DNA of 64,000 nucleotides from a virus. Shown in pieces: positions 18,869 to 28,786 of this stretch (position 1 is its first letter; every line of letters starts with the position of its first letter). Location: IMG/VR virus record IMGVR_UViG_3300045988_084189, positions 1-64,000 of that record; one strand, written 5' to 3'. A program made the position numbers and the translations under genes. Below the pieces are notes generated by a model, which did not search any database, was not told where the DNA came from, and saw nothing but the letters and a program-made list of their open reading frames with translations.

Positions 18869-19681
18869 ATGGCAACAATCAGAGCCGCAGATGGTGGTTA
18901 TCTATTAAATTCAGATCAATTTAATTATACAAAGGATGCACAAGGCAGACCCGTGCTCAATGTAAAAGGTGTAGCTGGTGCTGGTGGCGCAACTGGCGAT
19001 TTCAAGTCAGATGGCACAGTGCCAATGAGCGGCAACCTATACATGAACGGCAATAATATTATGGGTGTTAAATCCATTAGCAATACAGACAGCGGCATGG
19101 CTATTGAATCAGAAGTCAGCTTGAATAACCATAAAATCACTGACCTGCTTGACCCAGTTGCAGACCAAGATGCGGCAACCAAGGCATATGTAGATAAGCA
19201 TAGCCTACTTGACGATGATGGCAAGATTGATAGCGATTTGAACATGAATGAACATGGCATTGTCAATGCTCATAGAATCAGCACAGACGGCCCAGCTCCA
19301 TTATATATCGGCTCAACCATTGAGGCAACTGGTACAAATGCGCCTAGATTAACTGGCTCAAATGATGGAACAGCGGCATTCGTTAAGGCTGACACACAAG
19401 CTACTTATGTATCTGTCAGTGTAGGTGCGCCAACATCAGTGAATCACGCTGCTACAAAAGACTATGTGGATGGCAAGACAGGCGCAATCCAAGCCAGTGC
19501 AATCCTTAAATCAGGTGGCACTATGGTAGGCAAACTCAAGTTAACGGCTGAACCAACTGAAGACAATGACGCAGTTGATAAGGCATATGTTGACGCTATT
19601 CTACCAGCATTCACAGACGCTGATAATGACAAGGTACTAGGCATTGTAAATGGCACATTAGCATGGGTAGCTAAAGTATAA
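18869..19681 (+). CDS. tail fibre-like protein
   Basis: Three motifs, DAATKAYVD, HAATKDYVD and DAVDKAYVD, are typical of phage fibre or collar segments. Confidence 0.5.
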   Translation: MATIRAADGGYLLNSDQFNYTKDAQGRPVLNVKGVAGAGGATGDFKSDGTVPMSGNLYMNGNNIMGVKSISNTDSGMAIESEVSLNNHKITDLLDPVADQDAATKAYVDKHSLLDDDGKIDSDLNMNEHGIVNAHRISTDGPAPLYIGSTIEATGTNAPRLTGSNDGTAAFVKADTQATYVSVSVGAPTSVNHAATKDYVDGKTGAIQASAILKSGGTMVGKLKLTAEPTEDNDAVDKAYVDAILPAFTDADNDKVLGIVNGTLAWVAKV

Positions 19682-19702
19682 TTATAGAGAGGGGAATGAG
19701 AT

Positions 19703-20233
19703 ATGGCTAATTTTTGTGGTGGCATTAAGTTAGATAAAAATACACTCAAGATTATTGACGGGGTGATTTGTGATGCAAATGCAACAACTGTTGATAGAAG
19801 TAAAGCAGTATCTACTTGCGGTCAGCTCTGGGATGGAGCATTATTTACCGTGGTTAAAGTTGGCGGCGCTGGTTATATCACTTTACATGGTTCGGAAGGC
19901 GAAGAAATTGGTGCGCCTGTTATGGGTCGTGGTAATTGTGGTGTTGGTCTTGATGGGCGCTTTTTCAAGATTGTAAAGGGTGCAGTTACATTACAAGAGG
20001 GCTTTGTGTTGACTGTTAATGCAACCCCTGCTGATGCTACTATTGCTGTTAAGGATGCAGATAGCGCGGCTGTTACGCCTATTACTGGTACGACCAATCA
20101 GTTTCTGCTTAGTGGTCTAGGTGATAGTTATACTGTTACTGTCAGTAAGACGGGCTATACCACTCAGACTAAGACGATTACAAACGACAAAGACCAGACT
20201 ATCATTGTGACGCTAGTTGCTAGTGGCGATTAA
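19703..20233 (+). CDS. Ig/PEGA-like domain protein
   Basis: The C-terminal YTVTVSKTGYTTQTKTITNDKDQTIIVTL resembles a PEGA/CarboxypepD_reg beta-sandwich. GAGAGGGGA RBS. Confidence 0.4.
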   Translation: MANFCGGIKLDKNTLKIIDGVICDANATTVDRSKAVSTCGQLWDGALFTVVKVGGAGYITLHGSEGEEIGAPVMGRGNCGVGLDGRFFKIVKGAVTLQEGFVLTVNATPADATIAVKDADSAAVTPITGTTNQFLLSGLGDSYTVTVSKTGYTTQTKTITNDKDQTIIVTLVASGD

Positions 20234-20242
20234 TATATAATT

Positions 20243-20285
20243 ATAGGGTAGTATAGATTGATTTCTATACTACCCTATTTTTTAC
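20243..20285. terminator. bidirectional rho-independent terminator between convergent modules
   Basis: Perfect 15-bp stem atagggtagtataga/tctatactaccctat with a 6-nt loop. A T-run follows on the + strand and A/T-rich sequence lies on the other side. Confidence 0.8.
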
Positions 20286-20620
20286 TCCACTACATCATGA
20301 CCCATAGCATCATGTAGTGCCTGTCTATATCCTAGGTCATATCCATCTGATTTGCCTGATTGATATCCATCATCATAACCCGTTTCATATCGTTCTTGAG
20401 CAACTTCTTCCTTACCATCTTCAAGACCATTCAAGTACGCTTCGTCGCAACTTACAATATTAACATCTATCTCATCATATTTAGCAATTTCGGCATTATG
20501 CCTATTGCATAAATCTTCTAGCGTGGCAACCATAATAGAATCGAGCCGTTTACATAAATATAATGTTTCTGTGCCATCTAGCAATTCATAATAATCACCA
20601 ATACGCCTAAATTTCCACAT
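20282..20620 (-). CDS. hypothetical acidic protein
   Basis: 112 aa with a C-terminal GYDDGYQSGKSDGYDLGY repeat. Confidence 0.45.
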   Translation of the reverse strand: MWKFRRIGDYYELLDGTETLYLCKRLDSIMVATLEDLCNRHNAEIAKYDEIDVNIVSCDEAYLNGLEDGKEEVAQERYETGYDDGYQSGKSDGYDLGYRQALHDAMGHDVVE

Positions 20621-20843
20621 CTAGTCCTCCTCCTTCCTCAAAATCTTGAATTGCGTCATCATATCCTGCGCTGTACCCATCATCATATGCCTCAAGCACT
20701 GTGGTCAATAGCTCAAAGAATAGGTCTGCTGTATCATCACTTGTTTCCATTTGAAAAGAGGAATATGGCTCATGTGGATAAGCAGGGTCAACTAGATGGA
20801 TACAGGATTCATCGCCGTCAATGTGTAGAGTAGGGATAATCAT
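20607..20843 (-). CDS. hypothetical acidic protein
   Basis: 78 aa carrying the motif YDDGYSAGYDDA, related to the neighbouring gene. Confidence 0.45.
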   Translation of the reverse strand: MIIPTLHIDGDESCIHLVDPAYPHEPYSSFQMETSDDTADLFFELLTTVLEAYDDGYSAGYDDAIQDFEEGGGLDVEI

Positions 20844-21334
20844 ACGCCAGTAGACCCAAATCCTGCTAGGCCGCGCTCTGTCTTATCTAGTTCATCTACT
20901 AGCTCAAATTCAGATTGATAATAATGACGTAGAGCCATTTGAGCAACACGATCTCCATTGTTGATGCGAATAGGTTTATCAGTTGTATTAAGCATGATTA
21001 CCACAATTTCACCAGTGTAGTCCTCATCTACAATGCCACCAACGCAGATTAGCCCTTTACTAGCTAGACCCGAACGCTGTAGTAGTTGCAGCATATACCC
21101 CTGTTCTGGTTGGAATGCCCATCCTGTAGGGATTTTTACTGTTTCATGTGGACTGACATATACTTGCTCGAAATGGTCTGTATTGACTTCCATATGCTTA
21201 AAGTCCGCATCTGGATTTAATTCAATACATTTATCTACACGTAAGTCACAATATAAATCGCAACACGCCGCCTTTTCACTACCATAAGTAGGTAGCTTGG
21301 CGGTATCTGATAGTCGCTTTGCTTTAATCTTCAA
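20840..21334 (-). CDS. dut: dUTP diphosphatase
   Basis: GGIVDEDYTGEI and the C-terminal RGLAGFGSTG match trimeric dUTPase motifs. Confidence 0.85.
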   Translation of the reverse strand: MKIKAKRLSDTAKLPTYGSEKAACCDLYCDLRVDKCIELNPDADFKHMEVNTDHFEQVYVSPHETVKIPTGWAFQPEQGYMLQLLQRSGLASKGLICVGGIVDEDYTGEIVVIMLNTTDKPIRINNGDRVAQMALRHYYQSEFELVDELDKTERGLAGFGSTGV

Positions 21335-21654
21335 TCAATTAAGTCCTCCTCATACATAGTATCAATACCATATTCAAGAGCGCAATCATGTTCAATTTGA
21401 CATCCTCTAGCTGTCTGCCAACCATTGCAGAAGAATACAACATCAGCTTCGCTCATTAGCTTGATTGATTCTCCTAGATACCATAGAGGTTTAACGTCAT
21501 GCGGCGTGTTTTTGAAGAATGAATAAATAACTTCAATACACTCGTTTTCTCTGGCAAACTGTGTTGCTAGTCTGTCAATGATATAATTGCGCTTATTCTC
21601 AATTTCTTCATTAGTCTTGCCATTCATCGGCTGAGAGATAAAAATTTTAGGCAT
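21331..21654 (-). CDS. DUF4406 / nucleoside 2-deoxyribosyltransferase-like protein
   Basis: 107 aa. FISQPMNG... and ...FFCNGWQTARGCQIEHDCALEYGI resemble that family, from memory. Confidence 0.5.
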   Translation of the reverse strand: MPKIFISQPMNGKTNEEIENKRNYIIDRLATQFARENECIEVIYSFFKNTPHDVKPLWYLGESIKLMSEADVVFFCNGWQTARGCQIEHDCALEYGIDTMYEEDLID

Positions 21655-22195
21655 TTGATTTCTCCTTAAATTTCTTATTATATCCGCATGGGTGGAACTC
21701 GGTGCATAAGCCGCCTCTATATTCGCATAGTGGCACTAGATAATCCTTGAACTCAGGATTTACCTTAACCACCTCATCAACAATCTGTTGCATAACGGCT
21801 CTTGTTTCAGGCGAGGCTTGATTGCATAGGCGCTTATGAGCCATATACACAAGCTGCTGGCCATTAATTGACATAACATGGCTTACTAGTTCATCTTGCG
21901 GTGCTTTGTTACGGTCGTACTTATTCTGTCTATCATTCCGCTGAGATTGGACATAATGATTACACCCGACATGATGGCGAACAAAATGGACTGATACCCA
22001 ATAAGGGATGACCATATGAATACCAAACCATAACTCTCTAAGTGGGCTATGTTCAGATGCGACTAGCTTACGCTTCCATTCGTCAGAGGGAAGAGCTGTT
22101 ACACTCTTCCCCACTGTGTTCAACGTGCAATATCTACACCAAGCCCAGTCATTATCTGTTGGATGTTTAATTAGCTCAACAAGATAATTAGGCAA
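21647..22195 (-). CDS. ThyX-like (FAD-dependent thymidylate synthase family), short variant
   Basis: SEHSPLRELWFGIHM...VHFVRHHVGCNHYVQSQRN aligns to the ThyX motif RHRxxSxxxxSQRY but reads RHH..C....SQRN. At 182 aa it is shorter than typical ThyX. Confidence 0.55.
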   Translation of the reverse strand: MPNYLVELIKHPTDNDWAWCRYCTLNTVGKSVTALPSDEWKRKLVASEHSPLRELWFGIHMVIPYWVSVHFVRHHVGCNHYVQSQRNDRQNKYDRNKAPQDELVSHVMSINGQQLVYMAHKRLCNQASPETRAVMQQIVDEVVKVNPEFKDYLVPLCEYRGGLCTEFHPCGYNKKFKEKSNA

Positions 22196-22462
22196 TTAGT
22201 AGTCCTCCTCTTCATCATCATCATATTGAGCTAGAACATCCTCTGTGATATCATGGCATTCTACATCTACTAGATACAGCTTGTCGCCATCATAGTAATC
22301 AGGCGAATATGTTACCATATCGACCTCTACACAAGTGTTATCATCTACCCATACGCGCTCACCAATGCGAGGGATAATCATACGTGCGGCATGGGTATAT
22401 GACCATACACGTCCTTCACAATCTTCATTACCGTCAATAAAATATCTTAGTAGAAATTCCAT
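22196..22462 (-). CDS. hypothetical protein
   Basis: The ATG (MEFLLRY) follows GGGAGGA+8 nt. The track start at 22522 overlaps the upstream gene. Confidence 0.45.
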   Translation of the reverse strand: MEFLLRYFIDGNEDCEGRVWSYTHAARMIIPRIGERVWVDDNTCVEVDMVTYSPDYYDGDKLYLVDVECHDITEDVLAQYDDDEEEDY

Positions 22463-22466
22463 TCGT

Positions 22467-22691
22467 TCAATCCTCCCAATTATATGGCTTGCAGAAATAG
22501 CTAATTTCATTTGTCGAAACATACTTCTGTAGCACTACATACATTTCCTGTTCATCTTCTTCAGCATTTATTGGCAAATATACCAAATCGCCCTTATTTG
22601 GTTCGCCCATCAGGTCTAGTTCGTCACATGAACAAATCCAGTCTTCATTACCTAGTCTGCCTAGATAGAAATTGATACGATTTTCTGTCAT
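22467..22691 (-). CDS. hypothetical protein
   Basis: 74-aa ORF with an AAGGAGGA RBS. Confidence 0.45.
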   Translation of the reverse strand: MTENRINFYLGRLGNEDWICSCDELDLMGEPNKGDLVYLPINAEEDEQEMYVVLQKYVSTNEISYFCKPYNWED

Positions 22692-22708
22692 TATTTAGTC
22701 CTCCTTAT

Positions 22709-25063
22709 TTATCCTTCACATTTTGACCAAGCACAACTAGAGCATTGGATACAACCACCAATGTGTAGCAGTGGTTCGCCACATTCAGGACACACATCTG
22801 TTGGCGCGTTGTAAACATTACCACTATCCTTTGCCAGTTGAGCAAATTTATCAGCAACTTTATTGATGGACTCTGTTGCTTTATTAAAATTCTCAGCGAG
22901 TGTTTTAGATGCTTTATTTATCTTTCTTAATGTAATAGGAATATCTTCCTCTTTATCATCTAGCTCTGCTTGCATCTCATTATACATCTCCACTAGAGCA
23001 TTGCCAATAGCCATAGGACAACATGAGCCTTTACTAGTATCATGGTGAGTTGCTCTGCGAGTAGCATAAGATGGGCATACACCAGTTGAGTCAAGCTGGT
23101 CTTTAATGGTCATAATATCTACACCAGCACGGCATAGTAGGCTGACCATGCGGCTTAAACCTGTCATGAAATTGGCACATCCACCTGTCGAGCCTTTGTT
23201 GAAATATACCTCTTGTAGATTACCATCAATAGGGTCAAAGAATGCTAGAACATGAAGTGAGCCGCATCCTGTCTGGATTTTGCGCTTTTTGCCAATTAGA
23301 TCATTGCTTGGTTCAATGATTGAGCCACGAGGTAGAATAGATGATGAGGTTTCTGGCTTAGTTTCATCATCTTTCTTTGTGTCCGCATTGAGGATACCAG
23401 ATCTTTTACATCCAGCACGATATACTGTAATTCCCTTTAGATGCTTTTCCCAAGCATACATATATAGGTCTTTCACATCATCTACTGTTGCTTCATTTGG
23501 CAGATTGACAGTAGAGCTAATGCTTGCATCAATATGTTTCTGCCATACTGACTGCATATCAATGCGTCGCTTGATAGGAATGGTAGCAGATGTGACGAAA
23601 TAGGATGGCAAGCCAAGCTCGTCTTTAATACCATGAGCATCCATATATTCCTTGACGATTGGCGTATATACCTTATATACCTCATCATGTCCGTGCAGTG
23701 ATTTTGTGGTGCGCTCATAGTAGTTAGCAAAGATTGGCTCAATGCCACCAGATACGCCAATCATGGTGCTAATAGAGCCGGTTGGCGCAATTGTCAATAG
23801 CTGGCTATTACGAAGTCCATTTGCTTCTACAAATGACCATGCCTCTTCATCATCTGGCTTGATGTGTTCAGCAAAGAATGGTGATGTTGTTACATACTGT
23901 TCATTATATTTATCATAACAACCGGCATATCCAGCAATATCGGCACTAGCTACAATAGCATTACGAGCCATAGAATAGCCAATAGCATCACATAGAGTAA
24001 TAGAATCAGGTGAGCCGTATTCAATACCTAGCTTAATTAGCATATCAGCTAGGCCCATGATACCAAGCCCAATTTGCCGCCAATCTCTAACCGTCTTGCG
24101 TTGTTCAGCTAGTGGATGTCGCTCAAGCCCCTCATCAAGCACATCGTTTAGTGCTTTAACTGCAATATTGACAGTTCTATTGAAATCGTGCCAATCAAAT
24201 TTGCCGTTACGGACAAATGCAGCTAGATTGATTGCACCAAGTAGACATGAGCCTCCTGCTGGTAGTGGTTCTTCTGCGCATGGATTTACACCAGCATATT
24301 CAAAATCTTTATCATTACTTACCAGATTCCAGTTGGTAATTCTATCCCAATAGAGAATACCCGGTTCTGCATAGTCCCAATTATTACGGCATAACAGGTC
24401 AAAAATATCTCGTGCCTTTACTGTTTTCTTGATTTCTTCGCCTGTTTCATTACGCTTATAGTATAGTTCCCAATCTTCATCATTCTTGACTGCTACCATA
24501 AAGCGGTCTGTAACACGAACTGAGATATTAGCAGATGTTACTTTGTTCAAATCGGATTTGACCGTAATGAATTTTTCTAGGTCTGGATGGGTGCAATCAA
24601 TGCTAATCATCAATGCGCCGCGTCTACCATTCTGTCCAATTTGTTCGGTGACTTGGCTGAAGGTATCCATAAAGCTAACTGCGCCAGATGTGGATTTAGC
24701 TTGATTATTTACCTTTGCACCACATGGAGCAAGTTTGCTGATGTCGATGCCGCAGCCTCCACCATAACTATAAGTACGAGCCAGCTTTTTAGCGGTATCA
24801 TAAATTGACTCAATATTATCTTCTGGCGGCGAGATAACATAGCAGTTACTATATGTTACCTTTTCATCATCAATACCGCGATTACTCAAGATGCGCCCAC
24901 CGAATAAGAATTTCTTATCAGCAATAAGCTCTGCTACGTCTGCATCACCACCACTTACACGATCTAGCCAATCTTCAAAAGATTCCCCATTACGTTGGTA
25001 TTTCTTCTTCCAGATATCAATACCTAGCTGATTTTCTTTACCTAGCCATTCTTCAATAAACAA
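22709..25063 (-). CDS. nrdJ: ribonucleotide reductase, class II (B12-dependent)
   Basis: 784 aa. It has the NPCAEEPLPAGGSCLLG active-site loop and a C-terminal CPECG...CIQCSSC zinc ribbon. TTG start 8 nt after AGGAGG. Confidence 0.85.
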   Translation of the reverse strand: MFIEEWLGKENQLGIDIWKKKYQRNGESFEDWLDRVSGGDADVAELIADKKFLFGGRILSNRGIDDEKVTYSNCYVISPPEDNIESIYDTAKKLARTYSYGGGCGIDISKLAPCGAKVNNQAKSTSGAVSFMDTFSQVTEQIGQNGRRGALMISIDCTHPDLEKFITVKSDLNKVTSANISVRVTDRFMVAVKNDEDWELYYKRNETGEEIKKTVKARDIFDLLCRNNWDYAEPGILYWDRITNWNLVSNDKDFEYAGVNPCAEEPLPAGGSCLLGAINLAAFVRNGKFDWHDFNRTVNIAVKALNDVLDEGLERHPLAEQRKTVRDWRQIGLGIMGLADMLIKLGIEYGSPDSITLCDAIGYSMARNAIVASADIAGYAGCYDKYNEQYVTTSPFFAEHIKPDDEEAWSFVEANGLRNSQLLTIAPTGSISTMIGVSGGIEPIFANYYERTTKSLHGHDEVYKVYTPIVKEYMDAHGIKDELGLPSYFVTSATIPIKRRIDMQSVWQKHIDASISSTVNLPNEATVDDVKDLYMYAWEKHLKGITVYRAGCKRSGILNADTKKDDETKPETSSSILPRGSIIEPSNDLIGKKRKIQTGCGSLHVLAFFDPIDGNLQEVYFNKGSTGGCANFMTGLSRMVSLLCRAGVDIMTIKDQLDSTGVCPSYATRRATHHDTSKGSCCPMAIGNALVEMYNEMQAELDDKEEDIPITLRKINKASKTLAENFNKATESINKVADKFAQLAKDSGNVYNAPTDVCPECGEPLLHIGGCIQCSSCAWSKCEG

Positions 25064-25165
25064 TAAATCGTCCTCCTTTTAATTTTCTTTAACATGAATA
25101 ATAATATACTGCATAATGGTGTTATAAAATTCACCAACAGTCATCACATTACCTCCTTGTCATAT

Positions 25166-25194
25166 ATATTATCATGATTCAGTTGATTTGTCAA
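25166..25194 (-). promoter_or_regulatory. sigma-A type promoter
   Basis: Minus strand: cTTGACAaatcaactgaatcaTGaTAATATat (17-nt spacer, extended -10). Confidence 0.65.
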
Positions 25195-25378
25195 GCAGTT
25201 TCTTTAATCCCTTTAGACATTTTGGACAAAGCCAAAATTTAGCTTTACTATCATACGCGATTGCAGAGTTAAACTCATATGCACCGCATACTGAGCATAC
25301 TCTTGCTGGCGCACCACAAATCTCGCCTACTGGAACAGACAATTTGAAAGTACATTCTTTTAGCTTATGGTGGTTCAT
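25172..25378 (-). CDS. zinc-ribbon protein (hypothetical)
   Basis: 68 aa with CGAP..CSVCG ... CPKC. Confidence 0.45.
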   Translation of the reverse strand: MNHHKLKECTFKLSVPVGEICGAPARVCSVCGAYEFNSAIAYDSKAKFWLCPKCLKGLKKLLDKSTES

Positions 25379-25755
25379 TCTTGATCCTCCTTATCCATCA
25401 ATTTATTCACAGCATCAACAAGCTCATTGATTTTATTCAAAATATCATCACTTACCACTCTTACTATTTGACTATTTGATTTGATTGCATTGGCAAAAAT
25501 GTGCTTGTTGCAATCGCTAATTGGCTCAATCCTCTTCTTTTCTTTCTTAGTGAAATCATATGCGCCAATACGAGCAAACACGTCTCTCACGCTACTATAA
25601 AAATTTCTTTGCTCTACATTGGAATATACATCATCACCATCTCTGATTGGTGTATGATTTACCCATGTAAAAGCATCGTCTTCAATAGAAATGATATATC
25701 CAACTGCTCCACTATATGTTTCAACATAATCCCCTACATGAAATTCATAGTTCAT
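25375..25755 (-). CDS. hypothetical protein
   Basis: 126-aa ORF, overlap-coupled to its neighbours. Confidence 0.45.
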   Translation of the reverse strand: MNYEFHVGDYVETYSGAVGYIISIEDDAFTWVNHTPIRDGDDVYSNVEQRNFYSSVRDVFARIGAYDFTKKEKKRIEPISDCNKHIFANAIKSNSQIVRVVSDDILNKINELVDAVNKLMDKEDQE

Positions 25756-26076
25756 TTAATCAACATCCTCCTTTTCACATCTTTCACCAAGACCACCTAA
25801 AATCATAGCATAAATTTCTAAGAATTTATTGGTAATACCAGTGGTAATATTAGCCATATTAGCCATTGTTCCATCATCTTTTGACCAATCCCAACCATGC
25901 CATGCACATTCACTCTGCCAGTAATCAAGATAGAAAATCTTGTCATCATATAGCTTTTCGATGATTGGCTTTAGATCAAGTAGATTATTTCGCACACCTG
26001 TCATAGTAACAGGTTTGTAGCCATTATCGTCAATCATCTTGTTAATTTTGTCAGCAGAATAAGTAAATGGGTTCAT
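25756..26076 (-). CDS. hypothetical protein
   Basis: 106-aa ORF. Confidence 0.45.
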   Translation of the reverse strand: MNPFTYSADKINKMIDDNGYKPVTMTGVRNNLLDLKPIIEKLYDDKIFYLDYWQSECAWHGWDWSKDDGTMANMANITTGITNKFLEIYAMILGGLGERCEKEDVD

Positions 26077-28226
26077 CTAATCAGCATCTCCTTTAATTCA
26101 GTGTCCCTTTCCTTCTCCTCTTGCACCTTTAATCCCTCTTGAATAGCCGCCTCATCTCCAATCAATATTAGCCGCTCTTGTGCACGTGATACCGCTGTAT
26201 AGCACAGGTTGCGACTTAGCATCCTTACGTGGATTCTATCAATCACCACAATCACAGCCTTTGCTTGGCTACCTTGGCAACTATGAATAGAAATAGCATA
26301 TGCTAGTAGCGTATTCTTGATATGCGCCTTATCTACTATACAATCGCCGCAATCATACCGCACAATCATATATGGCTCTTTTTCATCAGGCACAATTTCC
26401 ATTACTGTGCCAATATCGCCATTGGCTACAAAAGCCGTATCGTCATCAACAAGCGGCATAGCATATTCGTTCTTTTTATTGATGACCTTATCACCCACTT
26501 TAAAATAAATAGGCGTATCATTGACTGTATGCCCAACTTTGCTTAATTCATTTGGATTGAATTTGGCTTGAATCGCCGCATTGATAGCCAATGAGCCAAC
26601 ATCGCCCTTATTAAATGGGGATAGAATCAACACATCATCCTTACTATATCCATCTGCTAAGAGCTGCGCATACTCTTGTTCAATTTGCTTGATTACTAAT
26701 GTATCAGTTTCAATAAACTTATAATCTGTAAAAGTATCTGTTAGATGGTCATTTACTCCATTTCGTACATCAGTAGCTATGGTAATAATGCCAGATGTGT
26801 TATATCTGAATACCTTAGTCAAGTTGCATACAGGCACTATGCCACTATCAAGCATATCCTCAACAATGTTGCCACAAGCAATAGATGCAAGCTGAGATGG
26901 GTCAGCTATGAAGATGATTTTGGTGGTATCTGTTACTTTGTAAAATAGCATTGATAGCAAATGGACGCTAACCATACCCATCTCATCAATTAGCACATAA
27001 TCGCCCAAATTACCATCACAAGCCAAGAACATATGAATGGTACTGGCTTCACGCCCTGTTGCTTCTCTTAGCCTCTTTGCCGCGATTCCAGTTGGGGATA
27101 ATAGAGTATAAGTATAATCATTGGCTTCTAGCATCTCAATAATTGCCTTAGTTGTAGCCGATTTCCCCGTTCCGGCGCTCCCCGTCAGCATCATCACATC
27201 CTGCTTACAAGCCATCTCAAGAATCCGTGCCTGTTCATCAGTCAGCTCTAATCCGTCTACACTTGTAAACTTCTGCCAATCCATAGGATAATAATGTGGA
27301 TTGGCTATTTTTTTCTTGATGACATCAGCAATATGTTGTTCGGCGTTATATGTGGCTTGTAGAGCCGTATTTTGGCTAGGCGCGTCATAGTGTACTTGCG
27401 CCGATTTCGTCACAACATCGAGTAGATGATGAACGCATTGAGGGGCTTTGCACTTGACCACATCAAACAACATCTTGGCTTGCATCCTTGTGTTGCCGTC
27501 CAGCTCATTATGCTTTAGAGCATAAATAGTAGCCGCTTCGCATCGTTCATAGCTATTCAACCATTTTGCCGTTTTCTTAATTATCGCCCTATCTGCTCTA
27601 TCAAAAGACCATTCAAGCAAGTTAATCATAACAGCATATGGATTGGCGTTTATATCCTTGCTAAACCCATATACATTTTTATATGTCGCGGCGATTTTAT
27701 TTATGTCCTCATCATGCTCAATGCCCCAAGCATATGTTTCGCCCATAAATTCAACGCGCTTATTGATCGTCTTGATTTTGTCAATATATCTTGGCAATAG
27801 CACCTTGCCTACGCCATAAATTTTTTTGTAGTCTAGTTTATCAGCTTCACCATTCAGCACCATACTAACAAAATGAGGATATGCGGTATGACATGATTCA
27901 GCTTGACCATTGGTCATTAAGCTTCGTAGCGTTTGTAATTCGGCTTTTTCTGTTAGATTGAATTTGCCATCTTTAGCTACAAATCCAGCAAAGCCAATGA
28001 ATTTATAGCTGTATTTGTATTTATCATCCACACATGGCTCTATGATACAATCAATTGATTGCCTCATCTTTAGGTCTGCAATGCCAGTTCCTTTTAGGCT
28101 AATTGTACCATATTTAGGATGAGTCTCTATTGTTTCATCCTTAGTGTTACATGATATAATCGAGAAATTGGTTTCAGGGTTATTGAATATCATGCGCATT
28201 GGGGTTAATTTTACTGTCTGCATCAA
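26073..28226 (-). CDS. RecD-like SF1 DNA helicase
   Basis: Walker A LTGSAGTGKS, Walker B VLIDEMGMV, and the C-terminal SIHSCQGSQAKAVI...YTAVSRAQERL. Confidence 0.8.
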   Translation of the reverse strand: MMQTVKLTPMRMIFNNPETNFSIISCNTKDETIETHPKYGTISLKGTGIADLKMRQSIDCIIEPCVDDKYKYSYKFIGFAGFVAKDGKFNLTEKAELQTLRSLMTNGQAESCHTAYPHFVSMVLNGEADKLDYKKIYGVGKVLLPRYIDKIKTINKRVEFMGETYAWGIEHDEDINKIAATYKNVYGFSKDINANPYAVMINLLEWSFDRADRAIIKKTAKWLNSYERCEAATIYALKHNELDGNTRMQAKMLFDVVKCKAPQCVHHLLDVVTKSAQVHYDAPSQNTALQATYNAEQHIADVIKKKIANPHYYPMDWQKFTSVDGLELTDEQARILEMACKQDVMMLTGSAGTGKSATTKAIIEMLEANDYTYTLLSPTGIAAKRLREATGREASTIHMFLACDGNLGDYVLIDEMGMVSVHLLSMLFYKVTDTTKIIFIADPSQLASIACGNIVEDMLDSGIVPVCNLTKVFRYNTSGIITIATDVRNGVNDHLTDTFTDYKFIETDTLVIKQIEQEYAQLLADGYSKDDVLILSPFNKGDVGSLAINAAIQAKFNPNELSKVGHTVNDTPIYFKVGDKVINKKNEYAMPLVDDDTAFVANGDIGTVMEIVPDEKEPYMIVRYDCGDCIVDKAHIKNTLLAYAISIHSCQGSQAKAVIVVIDRIHVRMLSRNLCYTAVSRAQERLILIGDEAAIQEGLKVQEEKERDTELKEMLIR

Positions 28227-28483
28227 TCCTGTTCCTCAACCAATAGTTGTTCCCATCTATCAATAATAATCTCTATCAGCTTAGTTGCACCAAATGCTGG
28301 TTCCCAGCCCTCATTGTACATTGCTTCAAATCCGGTGCAATCAACAAATGTAATCCAACGATATTTTGTAGCTGTCACTTTAAATTCACTATTACCTGTT
28401 ACGCTTACATTTGCTTTCAGCAAGTTATTGCAAATATGGCATACAGCATCAAGCCATGCTTCATAGGTTAATACGTCTTGCAT
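28223..28483 (-). CDS. hypothetical protein
   Basis: 86-aa ORF. Confidence 0.45.
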   Translation of the reverse strand: MQDVLTYEAWLDAVCHICNNLLKANVSVTGNSEFKVTATKYRWITFVDCTGFEAMYNEGWEPAFGATKLIEIIIDRWEQLLVEEQD

Positions 28484-28513
28484 TAAAACAACCTCCTGTT
28501 CTTTGATAAATCA

Positions 28514-28542
28514 AGTATATCATAGAATCAGGAGGTTGTCAA
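28514..28542 (-). promoter_or_regulatory. sigma-A type promoter
   Basis: Minus strand: aTTGACAacctcctgattctaTGaTATACTtg. Confidence 0.65.
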
Positions 28543-28555
28543 TACCCTATTTTAA

Positions 28556-28786
28556 TTATTTTTCAATCATTTTCTTTAATTCTGCAAATAGCTCTCTGCC
28601 ACAAATAGGACAAGTAGAATCCAGATCAACTACATATTTTTCATCTACAATTAAGCCGCAATTTGGACATTTAATAGGCGCATATTTTAGAGGATGCTCA
28701 ATCCGTTTGCGACGATTTCTTTCTGCTCTGCTCAATTTCTTCTTTCTCCTTATACTTTGCTCTATATTCATCTCGTTTAGCTTCAT
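28556..28786 (-). CDS. small basic zinc-ribbon protein
   Basis: It contains KKKLSRAERNRRKR followed by CPNCG...CPICG. The ATG at 28786 follows GGTGGA+9 nt. The ORF overlaps the 3' end of the upstream gene by ~89 nt. Confidence 0.4.
   Translation of the reverse strand: MKLNEMNIEQSIRRKKKLSRAERNRRKRIEHPLKYAPIKCPNCGLIVDEKYVVDLDSTCPICGRELFAELKKMIEK

Noticed and set aside
867-20097. Numerous antisense or alternative-frame ORFs in the track (e.g. 867..1070-, 3638..4105-, 5110..5358+, 15199..15636-, 17075..17275-)
   Set aside because: They are embedded in longer, motif-supported ORFs on the other strand or frame. They lack RBSs, and their translations are low-complexity mirror images of Gly/Ala/Lys-rich coding sequence.
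25079-25144. 21-codon ORF (MTVGEFYNTIMQYIIIHVKEN) with an AAGGAGG RBS in the nrdJ leader
   Set aside because: It is too short to support as a gene from sequence alone. It may be a leader peptide or chance, and is noted here only.
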